In this document: piece by piece, positions 33,202 to 44,469 of the stretch
Numbering within the stretch: the stretch's first letter is position 1
Layout of the letters: each line of letters begins with the position of its first letter
Origin: Prasinococcaceae sp. CCMP 1430
Lineage: Eukaryota > Plantae > Prasinodermophyta
Length of the DNA: 64,000 bases
Reading direction: 5' to 3'
Assembly (NCBI GenBank): GCA_013416795.1
Contig: RQSC01000031.1
Coordinates: 62,001 to 126,000, forward strand
The notes under the pieces: model-generated
What the model saw: only the letters and a program-made list of their open reading frames with translations
What the model was told of the DNA's origin: nothing
The model's database searches: none
Made by a program: the position numbers and the translations under genes

Positions 33202-33605
33202 TCACTTGTCGAAGAGCGCGTGCTTGACGGCGTCGCCCATCTGCCGCTTGGTCTTGCCCCAGCCAGTGTGCGCGTCGACGGCCTTGGCGGCTGCGTCCGA
33301 CCGCAGGTCGCAGTCAGCGATGCGCTGCTCGTAGGAGGCGAGCCTGCCCTCGAGCTCCTCCAGCGAGCTTTTCGCGAAGAACCTATGGAGGCGCGCGCCG
33401 CCGAGACAGGTCAGCCAGGTCGTCTACGCATTACTGCTCAAGCACGCGTGGCCGCGAGCGGCACTTAGGCGGCCACATACATCTTGTAGGTCACGAGGCC
33501 CAGGCCGCAGGCCAGCGTGAAGTTGAGGAACGTCGAGCGCATGAGGCGCTGGTTCGCTGCCGCGAGCGCCTCCTGCAGAGCCTTTACGTCCTCGCCTGCC
33601 ACCAT
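33202..33605 (-). CDS. Small (101 aa) single-TM/coiled-coil hypothetical protein, exons 33605-33481 and 33382-33202
   Basis: GTATGT donor and CATAG acceptor join in frame to give MVAGEDVK...FLNFTLACGLGLVTYKMFFAKSSLEELEGRL...HALFDK*. Confidence 0.65.
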
Positions 33606-34044
33606 GCGCCCCCTCAACCCCTCGTTTCAACGCTGTCCAACACTTGCGTCCTGCCGTGCCCGCTGCCTTCGCCGCCTCGTTGGCACACCCGCAGCTTCGG
33701 GCGGGCCAGTCGCAGTGGCGGCGCCGCGCACTGCGGACGTCCACCCCCGCGACGAGGAGCTTTCCGGAACCACCACGACCAACCCGTCGCCTGCCTGCCC
33801 GCGCGGCGCCCGTGCGCGCCCACGCGGGCCGCGGTCGCCCGCCCCCCGCCGCGGGCGCGCTCTGTGCCAGGGCGCCCAGCCGCGCAGCTCTGCAGAGCGC
33901 TGCAGATGAGGTGCCGTTTCACTACGGTTCTAGCATCTCGGCGCGACTTGTTCCCGATGCGGCCGCCACACAGCGCCCGCCCCGCGGCGCGGCGGCGGGC
34001 GCGGCGGCGGCTGCCGCGGCGCTGTACGCAGCGCAGCGCGAGCC

Positions 34045-35187
34045 ATGGCCGCCGCTGCCGCCGCCGCCACTGCTGACGCGGACGCCGCTGACAGCGCCGA
34101 CGACGGGCTCTTTGACGACTGGGCGTTCAACTCCAAGCAAGGACACATGCTTACTGGCGGCGGTGTGGCGGCCTCCGGGTACGCAGCGTTCGGGCCGGAG
34201 GAGCTGCCACACGCTGCCCTCCGCGCGGGCGAGTGGCTCGAGAAGGCATGGGGGCGGGCCGTCGCCCGCGGCAATCACGTGAGCGCGGCGGGCGCTTGGG
34301 CGCGTTCCATGTTCGCGGGGGGGGTACACGCCGACTTCACCACGCGCGTGTTCGACCTGCAGACGCCCGGCGGTGCCTTCGTAGACGTGCGCGTCCCGCC
34401 TACCCGCCCCGACGGCGCCCTCGCGCGCTGTGGCTCGCTGGCCAATGCCACTCTCGAGGAGCTGCGCGTGCTCTCGCGTCAGCACGCCTTCGCCGGCGTG
34501 ACGCAACTCGACGGTGAGGTCGCCACACGGCTGCACGTCGCCGACTGGAACCCGCCGCCACGTCGCACACCCAATCGCTTCAACGTCGAAATGAGGTCCG
34601 ACGCAACGGCGTGGACGGAGGTCTGCGCTGCCGTCGACGCGCGCGGCTACACCGCCTACATCGAACGCTGGGAGGCGCTGCCCGGCGGGCAGGGCGCAGG
34701 CTTTCTCGCGGCGCACCGTACGCGGACCCATGGTGCAGCGCCTGGTGGCGGCCGCGAGGCGCTTCTCGTGGTAGCCGGCAGCCACTTCGCTCGTGCAGTC
34801 GCGCGGCAGCGTCCACTGCCGCACTTTGAGGACGCTGCGGCCACGCCCAGCCTCGCCGACCTCGTCGACGCGGCGTACGCCGCCGGCGACGCCGACGAGA
34901 TGCGCAAACTGCTCGACATGGACGCCGCGTACGGCACTCTGAGCGACGCGCGCGGCTGGCACGTCGCGCTAGCCACCATGCCTTGGCGCGAGGGCTTGTC
35001 CCTGTGGGGCACAGGCGCGCGCGCGGAGCTGCTCGACGGCGGCAAGCGCTTCCGCATCACCGGCGGTGACGAAGCGGGGAACGGCGAGTGGACCGTGCTC
35101 GAGGACTCGCTTGGCGAGGGCGGCCTCGCGAGGCTTCTCCGCCTGGTTGGGCCACCGGCCTCCGCTGCGGGGAAGGACGAGCTCTAG
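34045..35187 (+). CDS. Hypothetical protein, HRI1-like
   Basis: Coding-like ORF. LQTPGGAFVDVRV, AFAG, YIERW and MPWREG recall fungal HRI1 proteins (from memory). Confidence 0.6.
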   Translation: MAAAAAAATADADAADSADDGLFDDWAFNSKQGHMLTGGGVAASGYAAFGPEELPHAALRAGEWLEKAWGRAVARGNHVSAAGAWARSMFAGGVHADFTTRVFDLQTPGGAFVDVRVPPTRPDGALARCGSLANATLEELRVLSRQHAFAGVTQLDGEVATRLHVADWNPPPRRTPNRFNVEMRSDATAWTEVCAAVDARGYTAYIERWEALPGGQGAGFLAAHRTRTHGAAPGGGREALLVVAGSHFARAVARQRPLPHFEDAAATPSLADLVDAAYAAGDADEMRKLLDMDAAYGTLSDARGWHVALATMPWREGLSLWGTGARAELLDGGKRFRITGGDEAGNGEWTVLEDSLGEGGLARLLRLVGPPASAAGKDEL

Positions 35188-35380
35188 CTAGCGACAGCTG
35201 CACATTGTGCTCGCGCGCACTGGTCTCGCCCCAATTTAATGAAACGAAACATCTTTGCGTCTCGTGATGTCACTTTCCACACGTCGATCTATCTACAGGA
35301 GTACTATTACAGACGCGTGCCTAGTGCGGCCATCCTGCCGCGGCCGACGGCTGCGTGCTGGCCCCGCAAAACATGCGCGT

Positions 35381-36895
35381 TCAGGCGGCCTTCTTGGCCG
35401 CCTCCTTGGACGAGCCGGCCTCGATGGCGTCGAAGTCGACCTGGTCCGATTTGTAGAAGCACACGAAGACGAGCGTCGAGACGACGTTGAGCACAATTAT
35501 CGGGGCGAAGAGGGCGAGCGCCCAGTTGTTGCCGGTGGCGTCGAGCAGGAGACCAATGCATAAGGTGGCGAGAGACGAGGCGATGGCCGCCACGGTGTTG
35601 GTCATGCCAAGCATGATCGATGCGTACTTCGGCGAGATGTCCTGGTGCGTGCAGAAGAGGCCGGTGCGGCAGAAAGCGCCGCAGCCGAAGGTCACCACGA
35701 GTAGCGCCAAAACGATGACCTGGGTGGCGGCGGTGGGGCCCGCGGGACCAACCGACATGAGGGTCGCGGCGATGCCGGCCGAGGCGAGGGCGCCGCCGAG
35801 GAAGCACACCGACTGGGAGAACTTGCGGACCTGGGTGAGGTTCATCTTGCCCGACCTTACGAAGGCGTCACAGAGCGTGCCCACGAAGAGCATGACGGTG
35901 ATGGTCGAGGCGTAAGGCAGGATGGACAGCACGGACGACTTCGTGAGGTTGAAGCCGAGTGCCCCCTTGAGGAAGGAGGGCATGTACGCGAGCAGGCCGT
36001 AGGAGAACCAGTTCCACGAGAAATGCACCACCGAGATGACAAGCAGCTGCGGGTGCGTGAAGAGCGCCTTCCAAGGGGTCTTGCCCTTCGCCACGAGGGG
36101 CTCCTCGACGGCGGCCGCGACGGCCTCAGCCGTCTCGCCGCCCCTCACGAAGAAGAGGAACCACCAGGCGGCCCACATGAAGCCGAGCGTTCCGAACAGG
36201 TAGAACACCGACGGCCAGCCACCGAGGCCGAGGATGATGGGCGGGGCGATCAGCAGGCCGGTGAGTGAGCCCACGTCGAGGCCGCCGAAGACCGAGGTGG
36301 TGGCGCGCGAGCGCTCCGAGGGGGGGATGGTGCGCGACAGCACACCGGTGGCCGCGGCGGGCGCGACGCCCTCGCCGAGGCCTACGATGAAGCGCGAGCA
36401 AAGCAGGGCGACCATGCTCGTGCCGGCGCAGTACGGCGCAATGAGCGTGCCCAGCGACCACAACAGCACGCCGACGAACAGCACACGCTTGCCGCCCAGC
36501 TTGGACGCCAGGAAGCCGCCCGGCAGCTGCGTGAGGGTGTAGCCCCAGAAGAAAGCCGACTGCACGAGGCCCTTCTCCACGCCGCTCCATTGAAACTGCT
36601 CGGCCATCGGCACGATGGCCACCGACATGTTCACCTTGTCTAAGTTGCACAGCACGAACGCGCAGAAGAGGCAGAACACCATCCTCCATCGCCTCTCGGG
36701 CTCCATTGGCTCCAGCACCCCCTCCGAGTTTGAGCCCGACGCCGGCGCCGCCATGGCAACGACGGGCGCACGGCGGTTTCCAGCGCGGGCGCCCCTCGCG
36801 CGCGCGGCAGTCGACACGGCGGCGGGCACACGCACGCGTGCGCCAGCAAACGCCAACGTGAACGCCGGCGCCGCGCGCGGTGCGCTCGCGCAGCT
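35381..36895 (-). CDS. PHT4: PHT4/ANTR (SLC17-like) MFS anion/phosphate transporter, plastid-type; 5' end approximate
   Basis: LCNLDKVNMSVAIVPM, QSAFFWGY.LTQLPGG, GLGEGV, ERSRA, HQDISPKYA; Ala/Arg-rich transit-like region upstream of Met 36754. Confidence 0.93.
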   Translation of the reverse strand, partial: SCASAPRAAPAFTLAFAGARVRVPAAVSTAARARGARAGNRRAPVVAMAAPASGSNSEGVLEPMEPERRWRMVFCLFCAFVLCNLDKVNMSVAIVPMAEQFQWSGVEKGLVQSAFFWGYTLTQLPGGFLASKLGGKRVLFVGVLLWSLGTLIAPYCAGTSMVALLCSRFIVGLGEGVAPAAATGVLSRTIPPSERSRATTSVFGGLDVGSLTGLLIAPPIILGLGGWPSVFYLFGTLGFMWAAWWFLFFVRGGETAEAVAAAVEEPLVAKGKTPWKALFTHPQLLVISVVHFSWNWFSYGLLAYMPSFLKGALGFNLTKSSVLSILPYASTITVMLFVGTLCDAFVRSGKMNLTQVRKFSQSVCFLGGALASAGIAATLMSVGPAGPTAATQVIVLALLVVTFGCGAFCRTGLFCTHQDISPKYASIMLGMTNTVAAIASSLATLCIGLLLDATGNNWALALFAPIIVLNVVSTLVFVCFYKSDQVDFDAIEAGSSKEAAKKAA

Positions 36896-37494
36896 CCTCG
36901 TTGGAAATAAGCCCGCCCGCCCGCCTGCCGCGTGGACCGCGCGGGGTGTGGCGCGCACGCGCTTTTGCGTGCGCTTTTCGAGCTGTTGCGCTGCGCGCAG
37001 GAGCGCGCGCGCGTAGAGAGAGGGGTGGTGGGGTGAAAGGAGGAGAGAAAGGGAGCGGCGCGCGGACGGATGAGCCCGCGGCAGCCACCTGCGGGAGCGA
37101 GTGGAGGGATGTGGCGGCTCGAAACGCCCGCGTCCCCTCCCTCCCTCCGCCGCGAGCGCCGCGCGCCGCCGCCGCGCGCCCCGGCAGCGCAACAAGGCCG
37201 AACGCACGCGATCCTAAACGCGCGGCAGCGCACCCCGCGTGACACGCACACGCACGCGCACACGCACATCTCAGAGCCTCGCCCCAGCCCTCCACCCCCC
37301 TACACACACACACGCCTCCCTCCCTCCCTCTCCCGCCTCCCCTGCACCCCACGGTCCTGCCGCGATTGCCCCCCCGGGCGCGCCCTCGCCGCCCCCACCC
37401 CACCCACCCCGCCCGGCCCCGCTGCAGGCGCCCAGCCCGGCCGCGCGCGCCACGCGGGCGCCCGTAACCCCCGCAGCGAAACAACGCACGTCAT

Positions 37495-37523
37495 CAGGGT
37501 TGGGTTTTAGGGTTTAGGGTTTT
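37495..37523. promoter_or_regulatory. Telo-box-like TTTAGGG x2 cluster between PHT4 and RP2
   Basis: CAGGGTTGGGTTTTAGGGTTTAGGGTTTT. Confidence 0.6.
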
Positions 37524-38092
37524 GATCCAATGCTTTTTTATGGTCACTAGCACAGAGGCGGACAAAAAATCGTTCGCCCAGCCAGGCGGATTTACGCCCG
37601 CCTAAAAATCGTTCCAGCGCGCGCCGCTTGGCCAGGGCGCCCAGTTTTACCCAGGCTACTCATAGAGACTTTCCGCACCCCCGCCGCTGCAGCGAGGCGC
37701 CGTCGGCGGGGGGGGGGGGGCGAAATTCAGCCATGTTCGGGTTTCGGGACTTTTTCAATGGCATTTGATATTGTCAGATGTGCTGTACTCTGTACTGTGA
37801 GTTTGTCGTTGCGCATGGTATCGGTATCGTCGTCGCGCGTTTGAACCGAGCCGCGGCGCGCGCGGGCGTTTTCGGGGTGCGTTTTGATGGAGGGCGGTTC
37901 CCCCGGGCGCGCGAGAGAGAGAGCGAGAGCGGGCGGGCGGGCGGCGGGGGCGGGCGCCAGCGCGCGCCGCCCGCGAGGACACGCCGCGCGCTGAGCGCGC
38001 AAGGGGGCGGGCTGGTCGAGGGGGCCGCGGCGCGAGGAGAAGGGGGGTCTCGTCCCGCGGCCAGCGGGCGCCGCGGGCGTCGCTGCGCAGCC

Positions 38093-39424
38093 ATGGGGTG
38101 CTGCTTCAGCTCGGCGGGCGGCGGCCGCAACCTCGACGCGTACCGCATCCACGGCGATGGCCCGGGCGCGGAGTCGTCGGGGCGCGCGCCGGCAGCGTCG
38201 GGCACAAGCGAGCGCACGCGGCTCACGATGCCTGCCTCATTCGGCTCGGCGGACGTCGCCGTGGACTCAGGCGCCGCGCCGCGGAGGAAGATGCCCGCGT
38301 CGTTCGGCTCGGCGGACGTCGCCGCAGGCGCAGGCGCCGCGCCGCGCAAGATGCCCGCGTCGTTCGGCTCGGCGGACGTCGCGGCCGCGCCGGGGGCTGG
38401 CGGCAGCACGAACGCATTTGGCAGTCAGAACGTCGGCAGCGCCAACATCCAGCAGGGCAACTTCTCGTGGGACAGGAAGGCCCGCCCGGACCCGAAGGAT
38501 TTCATGGCCAAGGGACTGCGCGGAGGCGTGTTCTTGCGCGAGCCGGGGTCCATCGGCGGGCAGAGCTTCGTCGTGGACGACTGCCAAGACTGCACCATCC
38601 TGCTGCTTGACCAAATCGCGCAGATCACCGTCGACGAGTGTGTGAACTGCCGCATTGTCTGCGGGCCCGTCGAGAGCTCGATGTTCATCCGCGACTCAAA
38701 GAATTGCGTCGGGGCGGTGGCGTGCAGGCAGTTCCGAACCAGAGACCTCAAGAACTGTGACTTCGCGCTCCACTGTCACTCGCGGCCCGTCATCGAGGAG
38801 TCCACTGGCCTGCGCCTTGGCTGTTGGGACCTTGACTACAATGGCCTGAGCGCGCACCTCAGCGCGGCGCTGATGACGCCCTTCGCCAACCACTGGAGTT
38901 ACGTCCACGACTTCACGCCACGCCCTGGCAACTGGACCTTTCTCCCAGAGGGCATGAGCACGCTCGAGATGCTCACCACCTCCGACAGGTTGGCGCTAGA
39001 GGAGGGCAAGGAGGCCCTGCCGGAGCTGGCGTGCCTGTCGGGCGATGTTGAGAGGACGTGTGTGAAGACGCGTGGTGAGAGGGACCTTCCCGCGGGCGAG
39101 GTGGGCTTCGTGTTGCTGCCGCCGGGCATGGAGAGCGCCGCGCGCCAGGTGCTGACGACGATGCTCGCCAAGGGTCACCAGCTTCAGCGCACAAACGCCG
39201 CCAAGCTGCCGGCCGGCGATGTGCAGGATGTCGTACTCATGCAGCTCAACGTCAAGGCCAACGCGAAGGTCAAGGGCGCGTTGAGCAAGGGCAAGAGCGT
39301 GGGGCTCGAGTTTATCGGCGTGGGCGCGGAAGGCGACGCCGTGGCGGCTGCTGCGGCCGTGGGCGGCTTTGGTGGGGGCAACGGCGGCGCGGCCGAGTTC
39401 CGGTATCTTGGCATCGAGGGCTAG
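38093..39424 (+). CDS. RP2: RP2/XRP2-like TBCC-domain protein (ARL3 GAP)
   Basis: MGCCFS acylation motif, DPKDF, CRQFRTRD with the catalytic Arg, PVIEES, NHWSYVHDFTP. Confidence 0.9.
   Translation: MGCCFSSAGGGRNLDAYRIHGDGPGAESSGRAPAASGTSERTRLTMPASFGSADVAVDSGAAPRRKMPASFGSADVAAGAGAAPRKMPASFGSADVAAAPGAGGSTNAFGSQNVGSANIQQGNFSWDRKARPDPKDFMAKGLRGGVFLREPGSIGGQSFVVDDCQDCTILLLDQIAQITVDECVNCRIVCGPVESSMFIRDSKNCVGAVACRQFRTRDLKNCDFALHCHSRPVIEESTGLRLGCWDLDYNGLSAHLSAALMTPFANHWSYVHDFTPRPGNWTFLPEGMSTLEMLTTSDRLALEEGKEALPELACLSGDVERTCVKTRGERDLPAGEVGFVLLPPGMESAARQVLTTMLAKGHQLQRTNAAKLPAGDVQDVVLMQLNVKANAKVKGALSKGKSVGLEFIGVGAEGDAVAAAAAVGGFGGGNGGAAEFRYLGIEG
38228..38390 (+). repeat. Three in-frame 60-63 bp tandem units encoding MPASFGSADVA...GAAPRK
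   Basis: Units start at 38228, 38291 and 38351. Confidence 0.9.
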
Positions 39425-39592
39425 CTCGGGGACAGGGGGTAGCGCGCGCCCTCGCATCGAGCACGGAGCATTGAAGCGCACCAGTAATGACGCGAGTGGG
39501 CCAATCTACTCACCAATCCATCACCACGGCGGTGGGTTCTACAAAGAATGTCTCATTACATGCCCGATCGGACCGCGCTCGCTTCCGTCTAG

Positions 39593-41934
39593 CTAGTCGA
39601 AGGTAATCTTGGTGGCCTTCTTCATGGGGCGGTCGTCGGAGCGGTAGTGAGCACCGTACATCGAGTGCTCCTTCTTCTTGGTGGGCTTGATGGCCGTGCC
39701 AAACTTGGTCAGCTCCGGGGGCACCTTCTGGCCCGCGTTGCGCAGCACTACCTGCAGCTCCCCCGCCAGCGGCTTCTCCTCGCGCGTGAAGAGAGTGTGC
39801 GCGATGCCCTTCTCGCCGGCGCGCCCCGTGCGCCCGATGCGGTGCACGTAGTCCTCGACGGTGAGCGGAAAGGTGTGGTTGATGACGACCTTGACGCCCT
39901 TGATGTCGAGTCCACGTGCAGCGACGTCGGTGGCCAGTAGCAGCTTGGAGGTGCCATCGCGGAAGGCCTTGATGGCGGCCTCGCGTGCCTCCTGCGACTT
40001 ATCCCCGTGCACGCTCACCACGTTCCAGCCCTTCCGATGCAGCTGCTGCTCCACGCGCGCGGTCTCTTTCTTGTACAAGCAGAACACGATGCAGCGCTCC
40101 TTTTGACCGTGGTGGTACTTGTGCAGCAGCGTCTGCAGCTTGTCGGCCTTTTGGTGCGGCTCGCACACCTCGACGATCTGCTCGACGTCGCGATTGGCCT
40201 TGAGGCCGCCCGCCACGCCCGTGTTGCCGTCCTGCGGCTCCCCGCCGCCCGCTGCGCCACCGCCCTGCGTGGCGGCGGCGCGGATCATGATGGGGTTGGG
40301 GCGCGCGAACTCCGCCGCGAGCGTGCGCACGCTCTCGGGCCACGTCGCGCTGAACATGAGCGTCTGACGCGGCGAGGCACACGCGTTGAGGATGGCGCGC
40401 ACGTGCGGCTCGAAGCCCAGGTCGAGGAGACGGTCGGCCTCGTCGAGGACCACGTAGTCCGCCTGCGACAGGTCGAGGCTCTGCTCCTCCACGAGGTCCT
40501 GCAGACGACCCGGTGTAGCAACCACGGCGTCGACGCCCTGGCGGATGACAAAGCGCTGCTCGCGCTTGGGCACGCCGCCGTAGCAGCACACGCTCGACAT
40601 ACCCGCGCTCCCACCGAAGGACTCGAAGACCACCGCCGTCTGCTGCGCGAGCTCGCGCGTTGGGGCCATCACCAGTACGCTTGGCGAGCCCTTGGTCTGC
40701 GCCTTGCGCTTTTGCGCGTGGATCACCGCAGGCAGGCCGAAAGCAAGCGTCTGTGCCGAGCCCGCCAACGCCCGGAGGCGTCACGCGCGAGGGAATGATG
40801 AGCGCCGGCCGTCAGCGGCGCGTCCCTCGCGCGGCCGATGCGAGCGCGCATGCGCGCTCCGACACGTCCTCGCAGCGCGGCGGGCGCGTCCCATCGGGGT
40901 AGAACAGCATATCATCGGCTGCGTAATGGGCTGGCCCGCGAGGGGCCAGCTGCCTCCCGCTGGGCGCTTACTAGGGCTGCAGCTGCCCCAGCGGTGCACA
41001 AAAAGTTTCTCGTCACGCGGGGCGCGCACGCGCACGCGGCGAGGACCAAGTCGGAGGCGCGCACGCGCGCGTCGCACTGGCTCGGGCGCTCGCGCGCGCA
41101 TAGCATTTCGCACCTTGCCGCTGCCCGTCGCTGCAATGCCCACCACGTCCCGCCCGGCCATGCACGGCCCCCATGTGCGCGACTGGATGAGCGTGGGTTT
41201 CTTGAAGCCCGAGCACGCCTTGAGCACCGCGGGCGGGAAGCCCGCCGCCTCAAACGACTCCACCGGCGGAAACTCTGCTAGACCGTCGTCCTCCTTTGCC
41301 GTGCCGTTGTCTGCGGGAGCGGTTGTCGTGGCCGCAGGAGCGGGTGCCGCAGCCGCATCCTCCAGCTTCTTCTCCTTCTTCTCCTTCTTGTCTTTCTTGT
41401 CTTTCTTCTCCTTCTTGGCCTTCTTCTCTTTCTTCTCTTTCTTCTCCTTCTTCTCCTTCTTCTCCTTCTTGGCCTTCTTGGCCACCGGCTCGGCGTCAAC
41501 GCCCGCCTCCGCCGGGCGCTTGCTGCCCGACATGTCGTTGAGTGCCTCCTGCGTGGCGCGGCGCGCGTGCCCGTTGGCATGGCGAAATGCGCCGCGGGAG
41601 TCAGAGGGGAGCACGCTCGCGGGCGAGGGGGCAATTTGGGGCGGAGCACGGGGCGGCACGAACGCGCAGGCAGCTGTCTTTCCGCTGGCGCGCCGGTCGC
41701 CTGCCGCGGGCGTCCGGTCGTCACCGCACACACCTCGTCAACCGCCCCCTGTGCTGCCAGCGCGGCAACGATGGCACTCGCGGCGCTGCCGCCCACGGCC
41801 GCCGCAAGCCCCGCGGCGCGGCCGCTCACCTTGTCCTTCTTGGCCTTCTTCGCCGCCTTCTTCGCCGCCTTGGCGTCTGCGTCGGCAGCGCCGCCCGCAA
41901 GCTTCCCCAGCGCGGCGTCCGCGAGCCTTCCCAT
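39593..41934 (-). CDS. DBP3: DEAD-box RNA helicase DBP3/RH5-like; exons 41934-41830, 41548-41114 and 40750-39593
   Basis: KKE-repeat N-terminus, ATGSGK|[27 protein letters not shown]; C-terminal [12 protein letters not shown]...KITFD. Confidence 0.92.
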
Positions 41935-42278
41935 CGGCCCCCTTTCCCCCTTCCCTCCCCCTCCGCGCCCGCGTCCGCCTTCCGCCCGCCCGCCCGCGCC
42001 ACCGGCCCCGAGTCCGGCGCCGGCCGCCGCGCGTCGCGCACAACGGTGTGCGCGGTGTGGCACCTCGCCCCCCCCTCGAGCGCCATGNGCCTGGTTGCAG
42101 CGCGCGCGCTGTACATTTGCGCCGAGGCGTGGCCTTGCTCTCCGCGCCGCGGGGCGAGGCAGGGCGAGCTGAGGCGGGCGCGGGCGAGGGGGCGCGCGCA
42201 GGTGCTCGTGTGCGGGTGCGCGTGGGTGGTCGCGGCGAGCGAGTCGTGAAGGGGGAACTGGGCGCGAGAGAAGGCGCG

Positions 42279-44135
42279 ATGGCGGCGGGCACGCCAGCCG
42301 ACAAGGCGGCACGCAAGAAGAAGCGTGCGGCGGCGGCCGCCGCTGCCGCGGACGGCGCGGCGGCGGGCGGTGCCGAGATTGACGCGAAGGCGGAGCGGCG
42401 GGCGGCCAAGCTCGCGGCGAAGCGCGCGGCCGCTGCGGCGGGGGGCGGCGACGGTGCGGCTGGCGCTAAGAAGAAGCGCAGGAAGGCCGCCGAGGCCGCG
42501 GCTGAGGATGTCGAGGAGGACGGCGCGGCGGGTGCCGACGCAGAGGCCGCAGAGGATGGAGCGGCGGAGCGGCGCGAGTCGCCCGCTGCCGCGGGACCGA
42601 GCGCCGCGGACGTGCTCGGCGGCGTGACCGACACCGCCGACGGCATCATGTCGGCGAAGACCTTTGAGGCTCTGGGAGTGCTCTCGTCGCCGACTATGCG
42701 CGCCATCGCCGACATGGGCTTCAAGAGCATGACGGAGATTCAGGCGCGGTCCATCCCGCCGCTGCTCGAGGGCAAGGACCTGCTGGGAGCCGCGCGCACG
42801 GGCTCGGGCAAGACGCTGTCCTTCCTCGTGCCCGCGGCCGAGGCGCTGCACGCTGCGCGCTTCATGCCGCGCAACGGCACGGGCGTGCTCGTCATCTCGC
42901 CCACGCGCGAGCTCGCGCTTCAGATTTACGGCGTGGTGCGCGACCTCATGAAGTACCATTCGCAGACGCACGGCATCGTCATGGGCGGCGCCAACCGCCG
43001 CGCCGAGGCGGAGCGCCTCGCGCGTGGCGTGTGCCTGCTCGTCGGCACGCCTGGGCGCCTGCTGGACCACCTGCAGAACACGCGCGGCTTCCAGTACAAC
43101 AACATGCTGCAGCTGGTCATCGACGAGGCCGACCGCATCCTGGAGGTGGGCTTCGAGGAGGAGCTGCGCGCCATCGTGAAGTGCCTGCCCAAGGAGCGCC
43201 AGACGGTGCTCTTCAGCGCCACGCAGACGACCAAGGTGCAGGATCTCGCCCGCCTATCCTTCCACAAGGCGCCCACCTACGTGGGCGTCGACGACTCGCG
43301 CGCGGTGTCGACCGTGGCTGGCCTCGAGCAGGGTTACTGCGTGGTGCCCGCCGAGCGCCGCTTCCTGCTACTGTACACTTTCCTGAAGAAGAACCTCAAG
43401 AAGAAGGTGATGGTCTTCTTCAGCTCGTGCGCGAGCGTCAAGTTCCACGGCGAGTTTCTGAACTACGTCGACATCCCCGTGCTCGACATCCACGGGCGCC
43501 AGAAGCAGGCCAAGCGCACCACCACATTCTTCGAGTTCTGCAAGGCTGACAGCGGCGTGCTGCTGTGCACGGACGTTGCAGCGCGCGGCCTCGACATCCC
43601 TAAGGTGGACTGGATCCTGCAGTTTGACCCGCCCGACGACCCGCGCGAGTACATCCACCGCGTGGGGCGCACTGCTCGCGGCGCGGGCGCCAAGGGGCGC
43701 GCGCTGCTACTCCTCACCCCCGAGGAGCTGCCCTTCCTGCGCTACCTCAAGAGCGCCAAGGTGCCGCTCAACGAATACGAGGTGCCCACCAACAAGATCG
43801 CCAACGTGCAGCCCGAGTTCGAACGCCTCATCGAGAAGAACTACTACCTGCACCAGAGCGCGCGCGAGGCGTACCGCGGATACATCCTCGCCTACAACTC
43901 GCACCAGATGAAGGACGCCTTCAATGTGCACCGCCTGGACCTCCAGGCCGTCTGCAAGTCCTTTGGCTTCACCGTGCCGCCCAAGGTGCCGCTCACGATT
44001 GAGTCGAACGCCTCGAAGCACCGCAAGGGCGGCAAGGACAAGGGCAAGGGCAAGGGATCGACGGGGCACGCTTTCTCCGCGGACAACCCCTACGGCAAAC
44101 GTGCGGCGGGCGACAAGCGCCAATTCCAGCACTGA
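42279..44135 (+). CDS. HAS1: DEAD-box RNA helicase HAS1/DDX18
   Basis: [70 protein letters not shown]. Confidence 0.95.
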   Translation: MAAGTPADKAARKKKRAAAAAAAADGAAAGGAEIDAKAERRAAKLAAKRAAAAAGGGDGAAGAKKKRRKAAEAAAEDVEEDGAAGADAEAAEDGAAERRESPAAAGPSAADVLGGVTDTADGIMSAKTFEALGVLSSPTMRAIADMGFKSMTEIQARSIPPLLEGKDLLGAARTGSGKTLSFLVPAAEALHAARFMPRNGTGVLVISPTRELALQIYGVVRDLMKYHSQTHGIVMGGANRRAEAERLARGVCLLVGTPGRLLDHLQNTRGFQYNNMLQLVIDEADRILEVGFEEELRAIVKCLPKERQTVLFSATQTTKVQDLARLSFHKAPTYVGVDDSRAVSTVAGLEQGYCVVPAERRFLLLYTFLKKNLKKKVMVFFSSCASVKFHGEFLNYVDIPVLDIHGRQKQAKRTTTFFEFCKADSGVLLCTDVAARGLDIPKVDWILQFDPPDDPREYIHRVGRTARGAGAKGRALLLLTPEELPFLRYLKSAKVPLNEYEVPTNKIANVQPEFERLIEKNYYLHQSAREAYRGYILAYNSHQMKDAFNVHRLDLQAVCKSFGFTVPPKVPLTIESNASKHRKGGKDKGKGKGSTGHAFSADNPYGKRAAGDKRQFQH

Positions 44136-44469
44136 GCGCGCGGGTGGCACCAACTAATAGCTCGCTCGGGCGCTGGTGGCGGGGAGCGTCGCGCACGACT
44201 AAAAACGTACACGCACGCACTGGCGTCCGTTTCGCTACTGCTGCAGTCCTGTCGCCGCGCCGCCGCGCCTCGCGCCTGCGCGTGCGGGGCGCGCGCTGCC
44301 ACGCCTTTCGCAGCGTCGAGGTTAAGGTTGGTGTTTGGGTTTGTTATTTAGGGTTAGTTTTGACCTCAGGGTCAGGTGCTGACGCCCTAACAACGGCGTT
44401 CCCCGAACCAACCGCCGGGGGGCACCCCAGAGCGCGCGCGCCGGGGCTGGCGAGGGGGCGGGGGCGAGC

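Noticed and set aside
37495-37523. TTTAGGG repeats as a chromosome end or fusion scar
   Set aside because: Only two perfect copies, and similar short clusters recur at many promoters; a telo-box is more parsimonious.
41367-41480. Regular CTT/CTC repeat array
   Set aside because: Antisense of the KKE low-complexity tract of DBP3; not CRISPR-like.
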